This document shows positions 48,589 through 62,159 of a stretch of 64,000 nt of DNA, piece after piece (within the stretch, counting starts at the first letter, position 1; each line of letters starts with the position of its first letter). The position numbers were made by a program, and so were the translations under genes. The stretch spans positions 89,824,799 through 89,888,798 of the forward strand of contig NC_068983.1 of NCBI RefSeq assembly GCF_001194135.2. The letters run 5' to 3'. Below the pieces are notes generated by a model. That model was not told where the DNA came from. It did not search any database and saw only the letters and a list, made by a program, of their open reading frames with translations. The DNA comes from Octopus bimaculoides. Its lineage: Eukaryota.

Positions 48589-48726
48589 TAAATTTTCAGA
48601 TTAACACCCGCACGATTTTTACTTGGGTTTTAGGGTTGGGGTTAGGATTAGGGACGGAATTCCCTAACTTTAACCCTGACCCTAACACCCTAGTGAAAAT
48701 CGTGCTGGTGTTAATCTAAAAATTTA
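48589..48726. repeat. 138-bp foldback with telomere-like TTAGGG/CCCTAA arms, inserted in a SINE tail
   Basis: Arms TAAATTTTCAGATTAACACCCGCACGATTTT / AAAATCGTGCTGGTGTTAATCTAAAAATTTA; centre GGAATTCC. Confidence 0.85.
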
Positions 48727-49029
48727 TCCAACTTACCCCCTCTCCACAAATTTCAGGCTTGTAATAGAAAGAATTATTATTATTATTATTATTGGTTTAG
48801 TTTTAGTTTCCTTCTCCATCCCTATTTCTCCCTCTCACACAGTTGGTATTGTCAAGGGGGTAACACACTGTAAGAAAGTTTCTTTTTCCTTTTATTTCCC
48901 CAAGCTCTAGAGTAGTATTTTTCAGAATTCATTTATATGTATGTATATATGTTGGACAATGTTCTTCACTGGTTACTCCAACATGGGAACCTCAAACGTT
49001 AAAGGTACATGCTACATATATATGTGTGT

Positions 49030-49485
49030 GTGATCATCATTTAAGGTCCGTTGTCCATGCTGGCTTGGGTTGGACGGTTTGACTGGGCTGGAAGGTTGCA
49101 CCAGACTCCAGTCTGATTTGGCATGGTTTTCTATGGCTGGGTGCCCTTCCTAATGCCAACAACTTCAAGAGTGTAATGGGTGCTTTTACGTGCCATTAGC
49201 ACAATACCGGGGTGCATTTACGTGCCACTGGCATGGGTGCCAATTTGTGTGACGCCGGTATCTGCCATGACTGCAATTTTTCTCAGCTTGATGGGTCTTC
49301 TTCTCAAGCATGACATAATGCCAAAAGTCTTAGTTATTGCTGCCATGAGGCCCAACACTCAAAAGGAACTCAGCCACTTTACCTCCGTGAGGCCCAATGC
49401 TCAAAAGGAACTCAGCCACTTTGCCTCCATCAGGTCCAACATTTGAGAGGAACTCAGCCACTTTACTTTCATCAGGCCTAATGCA
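49030..49485 (-). mobile_element. RTE 3' tail with 42-bp tandem units (same family as 1841-2690)
   Basis: AAGGAACTCAGCCACTTT units. Confidence 0.8.
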
Positions 49486-50849
49486 TGATTTATTCATTTA
49501 TTTATTAGCAATTCCCAATACATCCTGCTTCTGTTCTCTCCCCCCCCCCATAACCCCCTATTCACACCCCACCAAACCAATCAACCACCAGACCAACCAA
49601 ACACCTCACCAGTCAAACAGCCTTTATGATTATCTTCTCCCTAGATTCAATCCCTCTCCTCCTCCACCCCGACATAGTGCAGCAGTTTAGCTAACAGACT
49701 GAGAGCTGTCATCCCTCTATGGGCAAGCAGTAATGGCAGTAGCAACACTTCATTGAATGAACAGAAGATAGCCTGAACAAGGAAGATGATAACTAGGACA
49801 ACAACAACACAGATCACATCACACAGAGTTAGCACTGCTGCTGACAACAACTACAACATGTAGTTGTAATAGTGGTAGTGCACTACTAATGAGAATAATA
49901 GGTAAAAGTGGTGTAAATAAAACATGATAGTAGTGATACAATGACAACTTACCAAAACAGGCAATAATATACATTAACATGTGACACAGTGTAACTGACA
50001 TGGTTGGGCTGTCAGCTACTAAACTGGCAACCCCACTAAGTTTGCTTGGTGATGAGGGTGAAATATTGATTTTGGACACCCTGTAGGAAAACAAAACCCA
50101 GCAAAGGGCAAAGGAACTCAGAAGAGTCAATGGCCATCCTAGCTTGGTCAGCAGTCTGTCTAGAAGGAACACTCTAATTTAAAAACTAGGGTAGATAGGG
50201 CTCCTTAGTCACCTTGGTGACAACCTGACAGTAGCCAATGGCTTCTTCCTTGGGATGAAGGTGGAAGAACCACAAAATGGTCAGATGAGGATAAGGAACA
50301 TCCAACATCATCTGTTTCTCAATGGAAATTATATGAATGATGTGGATGCTTCATCTGTTATTAAAACCTGAAGAAATTCCATCTTCAGTGCTCCTGAGTC
50401 ACCAGTCCTGCATCCAGATGGACATTAATATTAATATGCACCGGAGTCTATGCTCTCTGGACAAGAGTGTGATAGGTGACACAAGCCCATAACATTTAAA
50501 ACAAATTCATTGCAGAAGTATTTTGAAGGCATATTGAAAGTCCTATGGTGACAAGAACAAGCAAAGGGTGTTGTTGGAAGTTCCTAACCAGAGTCTCACA
50601 CATAGGAGGTACAGAGGGTGATGATTATCGCTTTGTAGAATCTGACGGCTCCTGTAAGATTCATGCCCCCCTTTGTGTAACAAGCAGTCCTATCTAGGTG
50701 TAACACTGTTTCTCTGATATTGGAGGTGGATGAGAAAAGGAACCCTAAAAAAAGTGTTGCCTTCAATAAGCTTGGCATTAACTGAAGCTGTCTAGCCATC
50801 CAGACTATTGCAGTCAAGATAAAGAAAAGAAGAATAAAACAAGTGTGCT

Positions 50850-53800
50850 AATCTTTTGTTGTTGGAATTTAAGAACTTTACAAGACAGCACAGTCTAGAA
50901 CATAAAACAGCACTAATTGTTCAGGAAATCAGCTCCTATAATATTGATATTGCTGCTCTGAGTGAAACCAGGTTTGTGGATACTGGTTAATTTGAAGAAA
51001 TTGCAAGTGGTTATATATATATATATACATATATATTGTTTTGGAGTGGAAAGCTGGCAAATGAAGCAAGAATTCATGGTGTTGGCTTTGCCATTAAATT
51101 GACTCTACTTCACAAATTCCCATCTGTCCTTGAAGCTGCTGATGAACGTCTCATGACATTCTGTATCCCCATAGGTAATTCCTAATCTATGCACATTATC
51201 AGCACATATGCACCTACTTTATCAGCATGTGAACAAGAACACAACATCTACTCCAAACTGCAGACAGTTGTCAATAAAATTTCATACTGCGACAAAATCA
51301 TACTGATTGGCAATTTTAATGCCAGAATAGGCAGCAATCACATAGTGTGGTCAAGAGTAATAGGAAAACATGAAACAGGGATGACAAACGAAAGCTGTTT
51401 ATAACTGCTGTCTTTTTGTCAACAGTTTGGTTTAACAATCACAAAACAGTGTTTCAGCAGGCAGATAAGTATAAAAGCACCTGGAAGCAAACCCAATCTG
51501 GTAACTGACACATGCTTATCTATGTTATGACTAAGAACAAGGATTGCAGTGATTTCACATTCACCAGAACTCACAAAACTCCTGAGTGTAACTTGGGTCA
51601 CAGAATGGTTTGCAGTAAGGTACTTGTTTGACCATATACAAAGAGGCCACTGAGATCTAGTATACCTCCAAGAATAAACGTCTCTTCTTTAAAAAATCCA
51701 CAAACAACAAAAAGTTTTGAAATGCTTCTAAATTCAAAGTTTGGGAAAATAGAGGAAAGCAATGGCCCTGAAGTTTTGTGTCACAATATTCATGACAGCA
51801 TCAAATCATTTGCTGAAGAAGTTCTAGGATTCCTCAAATACAAACACCAAGATTGATTTGATGAGAATGATTCTCAAATTAAACATCTCCTTGAAACTAT
51901 GCTCAAAAGACACAAGACATGGATCTCGGACAAAAACTCATCATCACTCAGATTCCTATACATCTCCTCTAAGAAAACTACACAGAAAAAACTGCATGAG
52001 ATGAAAAATCTGTGGGAGAGTAAAAAAAGCTCAAGAATTAGAATAAGCTGCTAACTTTCACAACTTAAGAGCATTGTATGACAAGCTGCAAGGTGTATTT
52101 AGTCCAAAACGGGTGGTACAGAACCTATTCTTTCTGACAATTGAACAAAAGTCTTAAGTAGCAAAGATGAAATTTTGAACGCTTTAAATCTGTATTAAAT
52201 CAAGAATTCTCTACCGGTCCTGAAGTAATCAATGAAATCCTTCAGTGGCCTATAATTGAAGAACTTGCAGAAGGACCTTCCTTGGAAGACATAAGTACTG
52301 TTATTAAAAAACTTTCCAATGGTAAAGCTCCTGGACAAGATGGTATTCCCATACAAGTATGGTGGCAGACAACTTGTAAGAAAGCTGTGCAAATTGAGCT
52401 GTTTGATCTGGAAAACTGGATCTGTTCCCCAACAGTTCAAAGATGCATCTATAAGACACTTGTACAAAAACAAGGGGAAGAAGAGGGTCTGTTATAATCA
52501 CAGGAGAATAAGTTTGTAGTGCATAGCAGGAAAATTTCTTGGAAGGATGATCCTTAATCACATCAATAAATATGTAAATAAACAGCATATATCCTGAATC
52601 CCAATGTGGCTTTCTGGCTGGGAGAATCACAGCTTACATGACTTTTGTCCTCCAGCAAGTTCAAGAAAAAGCACTGAGCAAAGTACTGACTTGTATGAAG
52701 TCTTTGTCAACTTGACCAAGGACTTTGATGTAATGAATTGTGAGGCTCTCTGGAAAATTTTGTCAAAAGTTGGTTTGCCTGATAAAAGGATAAGGGTAAT
52801 AGTATCCCTGTATAAAGGAATGATGGCAAGAGTGATATACAGCTGTCAATGTTCAGAAGCACTTTTTGTTGCTACTGGAACCAGACAGGGCTGTGTCTTA
52901 GCTCCTGTACCTTTTTCCATATTCTTTTCAATGATGCTTCAACATGCTTTCAGGGATTACCATGAAGGTGTAAAATTCTAGTTTCACACAGAAGGAGGTC
53001 TACTAAACTTGAAAGGGCAAAGTTTTAGATCAAAGGAAAAGACCAAGGAGGAGATTGTATGTAACTTTCTGTTTGCTGATGACAGTGCTCTGATTTCTCA
53101 TACATTTGAGGAAATTAAGGAAACAATCAACTGGTTTGCTGCAGCAGCTCATGCATTTGGAAGCATCAAGAAGACTGAAGTTTTATTCCAACAAAAGACT
53201 GGGGCAGAACATACACAAGATTCAAATGTGATGATTGACAACAAGCAACTCAAATAGGTCAGGTCATTTAAATATCTTGGAAGTACAGTAAACTTTAAGA
53301 GTACTTTTAATGAAATCAATGTTAGAATATCTAAGGCTACAAATGCTTTTGGAAAACTCTCCCATCATTTGTGGGATCACAACAGTGTTAGTCTGAAAAC
53401 TAAAATAAGTTTATACAAATCTTGTATTTTGAGCACACTTTTGTATGGGACAGAAGCATGGACTCCCTACTACAGACATATAAAGAAACTCAAAACCTTT
53501 CACATGTACTGACTGCACAATATCGGCAACATAAAATATCAGATATCAAAATCTTAGAAGAAAGTAATATTTCCAGTATCCAAAGCATGCTACTGAGAAT
53601 TCAGTGCAGATTGGTAGGGCATGTTCAAATGAAAGATGACCACTTTCCAAAAATTTTTTTGTATGGCCAAAAAGTAGTAAGATACTGCAGTAAAGGAAGA
53701 CCTGTCCTTGTGTATAAGGATAAGTTTGAAGAGTCACTAAAATCTCTACAGCTTAACTTGACATCTTGGGAAAGTCATTGCCTAGATCAATCTGCATGGT

Positions 53801-53990
53801 GTAAAATGTGTCATGATGCATTAAAATAATTTGAGTTGAAGAAACAGAACAACAGAAGAATTATATCTGCAATGAATAGACACATTTGCCCAATCCTAGG
53901 CAAAATCAAAATCATCAGTGTCCCTTTTGTGGCTTCATAGCATAATCCATACCTGGACTCAAATTACATTCACATATCCATCACAAATAG
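50850..53990 (+). mobile_element. RTE-BovB-like LINE, near full-length, decayed (APE plus RT)
   Basis: IDIAALSETRF, HGVGFAIK, YAPTL, IGNFNARIG, GKAPGQDGIP, PESQCGF, GTRQGCVLAP, FADD (53072-53083), FKYLGS, LLYGTEAW. Confidence 0.92.
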
Positions 53991-55249
53991 AGGCAGCTTC
54001 TTTCATTCTTTTATTTTTAAAACTTGTTTTCTCTTTTTCTCATTTTTTTCTTTAAATCTTCTCCTTCAAGCACTCATACATTGACATCAACAGAAGTGAC
54101 CATCATCATTATTGTTATTGGTATTATTGTTGTTATCATTTCTGTTTATATTACCCTCCCCATTAGTTTACCATTGATATTAATGTTTACTGCCTTTCTG
54201 TTATTTTCCGTGCCTGTATTTCCAGTATTACTCACATCATCTCCACCTCCATTCTCACCATGTTTACCCTCACTCTTCCCATTGTTGGCTTTGGTCCACT
54301 CACGACCACTATTATTATTAGCAACATAACTAAAACATTTCTCACTACCACTATCATTCCTAATATAGTTGTAGGTACTCCTATTATCAATATCATTCTT
54401 GCATATTTTATTTTGGTCTAGGTCTGTTATGTTTAGAGTTTCTGATTCCCTTAATCTACAGGTGTTGTATGATGCTATTATTTGTGGAGTAAGTAAATCT
54501 CATGGAGTGCCAGTTAAATAACCTCCCATATCTGCTGGACAGAGAAAAATTTCCTTGGCATGCTAGAGGTGATTTGGACCCTAAACGGAGCATTGAATCA
54601 GTTAGTTTTCATAGATTTCTCTTTTTAACTCTCCATATTGTACTGTTTATGTTTATTCTCATCTTGGTTGTCTTTATTACTCTCAATGCTATCAAGATCC
54701 TTATCTCTACTCTATTTAATTCAAGTATCTCCATGTTTGTACTATATCTATCATTCATGGGAGGGTCATTTGTGTTTGTCTTCAGATGAATCTAAAATCT
54801 TAGCCACCAGTTTATCTTTGTTGTTGTGTTCCATTAATGCAATTTACTATTTATAAGGAGTGTCCTATCTACAGTGGCCCCTACCATAAGGTGAATTTTT
54901 AAATCTAATTTCTTATCATATCTTTTCCACCTACAATTTAAAATCCCTCCACTCTTACCTCTCTGGTTCATACTTCAGTTAAGTTTTGTTAAGTGATGTG
55001 ATGTCATTACTTGTACAAGAATTACCATGAGAGATATATTTGATTTTTCCACAATAACTGATCTCCATTAATAACCATGTTGTTATATCCCTCCTGTCTT
55101 TTAAAAATGTCTCCATTTGCTGATAGCCTAGATATTCAAGCAAACACCCCCATGGGGAAAAAGTTTGTGATACTTTTCAGATGGTTAAATCCTCAACTTA
55201 CATTCTTTAGATTTTCATTTTACTTATGGAAAGGGTGATGTGTTCCAGT

Positions 55250-55570
55250 GCAAAAGTCAAGTGTGGTATCCAGAAAATTAATTCTGTTATACTCAGTTTC
55301 TATTGATATCTTAAGTCCTAATCATTTAAAGAATTTTATGAGCTTCTTCCAACACTTCTCTAATATGCATATGTTACAATCATGTACTGCAAAGAGTGTG
55401 TCATCCCTGTATGATCTGCCCTCTAGGACAGGAAACTCCGCATCTGTGCATCTTAAAATGCCTACTAGATATGTTACTTGAGCCAACCCACTCGAACCCA
55501 TGATTATGTCAAAGTTATTAGGTTTTTCTTTTGTCCTCCAGAACTTACCTTCATATTCTAAAGCGGACAT
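55250..55570 (-). mobile_element. Penelope-like RT fragment
   Basis: IIMGSSG and YRDD (55400-55411). Confidence 0.5.
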
Positions 55571-56719
55571 TAACCGATTTCCTAGCTTGTATTTTTCTAG
55601 CTTCTATTATTGGTCGAAATGGGTATGATGCCTAAGGGATAAATGAAAATTATTTTACCTAATTTTTTATCTATATGTATGCATGTATGTTTTTTTACTT
55701 TGTTAAATATTTTGATAATCTTTTAAATTTTTAAAATCTTATTTATTTAATTATTTTTTATCATTATTATTATTGTTGTTGCTGTTGTTTTAGTATTACC
55801 TTTCTATATTTTGTAAAATTCTTTTAATCTTTAATTTGCTTTAATGTTAATTTTATAATTTTTAATGTTAGTTTTAAATTTTAATGCACAATCTATTTAA
55901 TGGTTTAACTTTTTAAAATTCAATTTTGAAGAATCTTGCCTCTTACAATATAGAAACATTTTTCATGGCTCTAGCAGACAAAATGGAAAAGGTGTTGCCC
56001 TGGAGGATAGTGAGGGAGATGCACTGGAATAGCCACTCTGACTCTCAAGGTTCCCACTTGTGGACAGCCCCAATAGCAGTGAGCAGAGATATGGTTCAGG
56101 GGCCAATAATGCTGGAGTTCTTCACTGTCATAGGCTTGACCATAAACATATCATAGTGACTGATAGTTTGACAGATTGCTTTTCTCAGCCTGATAAGCAG
56201 CGGAGTCTGAGCTATTAGCTAATAACACAAACTTACCACTGGAGAAGATGTCACAGCATGTGGCATCGTAGTAGAGGCCTACTGCCATGGAATGGGAAAA
56301 TTGTCATACGGTGCAGCCTTTTACCAAACCCTCAGTCTAGCCCCACTGGCTTGAGCTGGGAAAGGAATCTTGCAGCATCTAGGCCATGGTTTATGATCTT
56401 AAGGGTAGCATGGTGTGGAAGGTAGCTGGCACTATGATGGCATGACAGGGAGAGAGACAACCCCAAATCCTCCCCAACTTCACACTTTTTCTTTCTCCTT
56501 TAGACAATCGCAGCATGCAATCTGTCCATATATACATTTGTGTATGTCTATCTATGTGTAGGGATCTAGCTTGACTCTGCCTGAAACTTGAAACCAAATC
56601 CATCCGCTTGCTGCTTGTCAAAACAAGCGGAAAATACTCTCTACACTAGATGATTGATGAGGAAACACTCAACCCCTTAGGACCTGTGCTGGTCAAGGAA
56701 AGGTCAGTTCTTTGTTTAA

Positions 56720-57030
56720 GGTTTGACCTATATTACTGACCATAGTCTATATAACAGAGAACAGTTCCTATTTCTTCCTCTTTTGTTTCAGCCAGACCAA
56801 CAAGCTACACACTCTTTTGTGTCAGCCATGACCAAGGGCAGCACTTGCCTTTCGACTGCAAGAAAGACAATACCACCTTTATCCTTCTTCCTTTCTAGTC
56901 AGCACCATACATTCCTTACTCTTTTACTCTCTACTGACAGAAACCTTTTTCTACACTATCAACTACTAGCCAGTGAGCCATCCTTGTTGGTACTATCATT
57001 AGAATTGCTACTGTCTCTTTAACATCCTGT
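56720..57030 (-). mobile_element. RTE-type endonuclease fragment
   Basis: Degenerate similarity to the APE region preceding the YAPQ motif. Confidence 0.4.
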
Positions 57031-58607
57031 CAGGCAAACGAATAAATATATGTAAATAATATTTCTTCCTTCATGGTGTTGATTTTTTGATGTTTACTGG
57101 TAATCTAATGCAAGAACCTTTAAGCGTTACATCTACATGCTACATTTAGTAGTGGCCTACATCATATCAACCTGATATCACATCTTTCATCCAGCCCGCT
57201 ACATAAGTATGCATAAAATATAAATATGAATATAAATATAAGAGAATGGATTAGGCAGAGCAGGAGGATACACATAGATGGAAAGGATTGCCAAAGAGGT
57301 CACAGTTGTATGGTAAAAGATTTCCAGACAATGGACATATGAGAACAACAATAAATGAGTGAAGAGTGGATATATAGTCCGTGAGTTTATTTGGCAAGAA
57401 AAAAAACATAACTGTCCCAAAATATAACAATATAAATATAAATATATGAATATTCAGAAGAATATGTCCATAAGTAAGTTTGTCTGAAAGAAAAGAAGAG
57501 TGGAAGAAAATAATTCTTTTAATTTAATTTAATCTAAATTATATTCAGTCTTCAATTTTATTTAGTTTTAAATAACTGAACTCGATTTCATCTTATTTTA
57601 ATCTCACATTTCTCCCTCTATCTCTATTTTATATCTAAGCTCACCAAAGTTTTCTCAATCTTCCCTTCATAATGTTGTTACTTCTGATCTTTAATTCATT
57701 TTCTAATTTCCCTCACTTTGCATGATAGTGTAAATGACCAAATATTGAAGATTTAAGTTGACCATGTGTGTAAATGGACCTTATAAAATTTCAACACAAT
57801 ATTTGGAGATTAATTAAAGTCACTCGCCACATCAGAGTGGCTGTTCCATGTTACAACTAGTTTAATCCCAGGCATATCTTCCACCAGCTGGTTATCAGTG
57901 TAATGCTGCACCCTTTATATACAATATACATTGCTAGCAGGAAGAGCGAATGCCTACCATCTTCTAGTAGACAAGATCATGAGATTAACTCACTTTTGAG
58001 CTGGTTGGCTTATCCTCAGTCATGAGCATCTGGTCACCAGAGCAATAGCCAGGATCGCTCCAGCAAACAATATATTCTAAATGAAGTGACCATCAATCAC
58101 TGATTTGTGACAAGCAAAATAGCTAGTTGTAAAATCTCAAGAAGAGATCGGAGTAGTAACTATACTAACGAGTAAAGTTAATTTACAGAATATCTGACCT
58201 AAAAACAATGCAAGTATTTTCATGTGTGATAGTCACTTCCTTAATTTCAGCCATCCTCTGGCCCACTCTATTGTCTCTATTCCTTCATCTCTTCTTTTCT
58301 TTCCTTCTCTTCACCTTAGTCTTTCTCTTCCAAATTATTACTGCCCTTCCTCTTTCCTCTTTATCTCTCTTCCACTTGCCTCTCTTCATATCTCCCCCCA
58401 CCCCACGTCATGCTTGTACCATTCCTTCAGTGTTCTGCTTTGTTATAACCAGAAATAGCTCTGATGAAAATAGCATTAATTTTTTTAGGTTGTTCAGTTT
58501 TTCTCAACTAATCAATGAACTGATTGAGTAAACCTATCACTAATGAACATTAAAGAAAATATATGTAATGAGCGTTATTTATACTTTGTTACCTTGTTTT
58601 ATATATA

Positions 58608-59580
58608 TGTAAGAACGACAGTGCGAACCCAAAAAGAGAAATGGTGACGAATGGAAAACAGGGCTCCTTTATTATAACGCGTCACACGGTCAAACACAAA
58701 CTATATCAAATGATATAAATATGTTATACTTCGATAACATAGAGATTTCGTAAATGCCAGTAAGGAAGACGATAGAACACAACCGATAGAGATGAATAAC
58801 AGTAATATTTATTGTAGCATTAAATTGTATGTCTGTGTGTGAGTGTATGTGACATAATAAAACATAATAAAAGATAGGCTGTCGTGTAAAGAAAAGAGTG
58901 TGTGTAAGTGATACATGTATGTGTATGCGTGAGATACAGCAGATAGAAAAAGAGTCAGTAACACATATAAGAATTTGCCAGTTCTTAGAGTACACAATAG
59001 TAAGAGTCTGTATGTAAGAAGTTGAGGCGTGTGGGACAGAGCGATCACTCGTCGTGATGTTAGGGTTTCCGTGCCGGGCCGGGTTCCTGAATACAGGTGT
59101 TCTTCGCAGGCTAGGTTCTTGTCTATTATTTATCGTGGTGAAGATGAATCACACAAACAGAATCGAAGAGAGAAGTTCTACGGTAGTTTGGTTAGCTTGT
59201 GTACATAGAAGTCATGTTGACGCTGTCGGGGATGCTGGTAGTTGTAGTGTCGTGTTGACGCTGGTAGTCGTAGTTGTATGAAGCTGTTGATGTCCCTGGA
59301 GCTGCTGCTGCTGCTCTGTGTGGTACACGGAACAGGTCTCTAAGAGATCTGAACCGCGACGATTTGGCAGGGATAATTTAGTCTATTTATAGCTGAAATA
59401 GGGGCTCCAGGAAAGCATTAGAAGAACCCTATCACGTGACCTTATTAGGGGCTGTGATTGGTCAGTTTGCGTTCTGGCGGGAACGGTACGAGGCAGTTGC
59501 CGCTTCAAATAATAATCAGTCACGTGATGGATACAGTAGGCTGCTCTCTACTACGCCCGAACTTGATTATATTTATAACA
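58608..59580 (-). mobile_element. Probable solo LTR with internal promoter
   Basis: TGT..ACA termini; on the minus strand TCACGTGA x2, TTCCCGCC, CCAAT, TATAAATA, then AATAAA about 60 nt before the end; no TSD found. Confidence 0.55.
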
Positions 59581-59667
59581 GTGGGGAAGATGGTTTGTTT
59601 GTATATAAAGGCAATAGATGGTTTTGTATATAATGGTGATCGAGGTGTTAATGTTTTGTATATAATG

Positions 59668-60007
59668 GCGATCATCATCATCGTTTAACATCCGCTTTCC
59701 ATGCTAGCATGGGTTGGACGATTTGACTGAGGACTGGTGAACCAGATGGCTACACCAGGCTCCAATCTGATTTGGCAGAGTTTCTACAGCTGGATGCCCT
59801 TCCTAACGCCAACCACTCCAAGAGTGTAGTGGGTGCCAGTCAGGCAGTACTGGCAACGGCCACGCTCAAAATGGTGCATTTTACATGCCACCTCCACAGG
59901 AGCCAGTCCAGTGGCACTGGCAACGATCTTGCTCGAATGTCTTTACACATTCCACTGGCACAAGTGCCAAGAAGGCGACGCTGGGCATAGGTGCCATCAC
60001 GATTTCG

Positions 60008-60008
<1 letters not shown>
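59668..60008 (-). mobile_element. RTE-type 3' tail followed by (TA)n
   Basis: Same tail motif as 34495-34745. Confidence 0.8.
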
Positions 60009-60053
<45 letters not shown>

Positions 60054-60057
<4 letters not shown>

Positions 60058-60759
60058 CATGGAAAAATGCGAGCATGAAAAGTAATATTCTTAAGATTAT
60101 AAACCTGGAAAAGTACAGAACAAGTTATTGCACCTGGAAAAGTATAGGACAAGCTACTACTTCTAGTAAAGTAAAGAATAAGAAATTTTTTATCCATGCA
60201 TGCGCAGGGATTAGAGCCTTCTGGGAGGCCTGCTGGAAGCCCCTTATGTGCATGCGCAATCATCAGCAGCCGCTAAGCTTGACCACCATTCACTCTCTTC
60301 ACCTTTGCTGCTGACCGAGATACACATATCTTGACCAGCTCCATGTAGCTGGAATTCTGAAGACGCCACCCGATGTTGGCTAACCTGTGAACAATGCCTT
60401 CACAATTTGTGATTAAACCGAGTCTGCTGCTTCCACACCAAGGTGACCTGGCTACTGATGGTCCCAAGATGTAACGCTTGTACAAACAAAAAATAAATAT
60501 TGTTATTTGTTCGGATATTCTTGTTCTGCTATTTTCCTTCTACGTTTATGTAAGGAATTGTGTGGTACCCATCCAGTGCCAACATAACTTACTACAAAAC
60601 TATAGTAACATAATCTTTAATATTCAAATTTTAATTTTAGCTGCAATATTTTAAGAAAAACTTTCTTATTCTTTACCAGAAGTAATAGCTTGTCCTGTAC
60701 TTTTCCAGGTTTATAATCTTAAGAATATTACTTTTCATGCTTGCATTTTTCCATGTAAT
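60054..60759. mobile_element. Foldback element with >100-bp TIRs and a unique GC-richer core
   Basis: ATTACATGGAAAAATGCGAGCATGAAAAGTAATATTCTTAAGATTATAAACCTGGAAAAGTA.. mirrored at 60655-60759. Confidence 0.75.
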
Positions 60760-61115
60760 TCATGATTTTTCTAGGCACTGCTGTTATAAGATAATTAATA
60801 ATGTATCAATTAATAATTTAAGATTTTAACTTATAAAATACTGAAAGATAATATTTCAATTTTTCCATGTAACTGATGATAATATTTCAATTTTTTTATG
60901 TTTAATTTAAATATATGTTGTGATTGAATTATTTGATATTACCCATCCACACCAAATTAATGGCAGAGAATATTACCATCTTGTTGGTTGCACCATGGCT
61001 CACCAAAAGTTGCAAACAACATGACCCCAAAACCATCAGTTACCAGGTTCACCTTAAGTAACCTAGATTTTGAGTTGGTGATAATAGCAATGACTGCTGC
61101 TAATCTAGATCTATC

Positions 61116-61609
61116 AATTATTAGGTAATCTTCAAGTTTAGGGACGTAAAAAAAAGTAAATAAAAATATACAAGGGAAATAACTTAACGTCTTACTAGTA
61201 TTATCCGTACTACTCTGAAATGTGTTTTTTTTTTTAGCTGTTTATAAATAAATCACACGTTTTTTGTTGTTTTTCTAAAACAGCATGCGACGGAATTTTT
61301 TCTTATAAAAGTTTAGAATGTTTTTTCCTTTTCCAAAATGGAAACGAAATGGTTTGCAGAGTGAGGGTCAGCATTCAGTTCCAGAAATTCACCAACATTA
61401 TAAACTTCAGAAATGGCAGCCAAAAAATAAACGAATGTTTTTTCTTTTGTGGTTGAATTCAATCACGTGTGTGAATTATTTATAAACAGCTAAAAAAAAA
61501 CACATTTCAGATCAGTACAGATAATACTAGTAAGACGTTAAGTTATTTTCCTTGTATATTTTTATTTACTTTTTTTACCTCCCTAAACTTGAAGATTACC
61601 CAATAATTA
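61116..61609. mobile_element. MITE with about 130-bp TIRs, superfamily unclear
   Basis: GGTAATCTTCAAGTTTAGGGA..TACTAGTATTATC..TAGCTGTTTATAAATAA mirrored at 61475-61609. Confidence 0.8.
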
Positions 61610-62159
61610 TTCAATTCAATAAGCATTTCGTCCAGCATACTAACGTTTCTGCCAACTTGCCATGTTAGAATGTAAGTATTCATTTTAGAAATATATTGTT
61701 ATCTTAACATTATTGCTTGGGGCATTACATCTTACTTCCTCACTCACTGACAATAAATTTTATGACATTTCACTTCATAACTTTTTTCTACTAATTTTTG
61801 TTCAATGTGACTAATGATTCTGAATTCCTCATGCATTTTTCTATCATTTAAGCCTAAGAAAAGTATATTTGTATTTTAAAATAAAAATAAAAATATGTTA
61901 ATTGAATATGAATAGGTGCCTTATTGCCCACCTTTAGATCCCACATATTTTGATGTAACTTTCTTTCTATTGAAACAAATCTCAAACTATTTATGCCAAA
62001 GTGTAGCTGAGGAGGTGTCCTCTTTAAAACTGTTAACAGTTTGCAATTTAGTTGAGAACTGAATTAGTGGTGAAGCTTGGAAGCTGCTGCGATTGATGAA
62101 ATGGTGGACTTAAGAATATATTCAACCACTACTGTGGTTGAATGATATTTATATATATC

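Noticed and set aside
54024-54329. Hydrophobic 101-aa ORF resembling a membrane protein (also 46585-47026, 58208-58531)
   Set aside because: Translation of ATT/CAT/CT low-complexity DNA or LTR sequence
60290-60320. Minus-strand peptide VSSKGEE resembling the GFP N-terminus
   Set aside because: Short coincidental match with no further similarity
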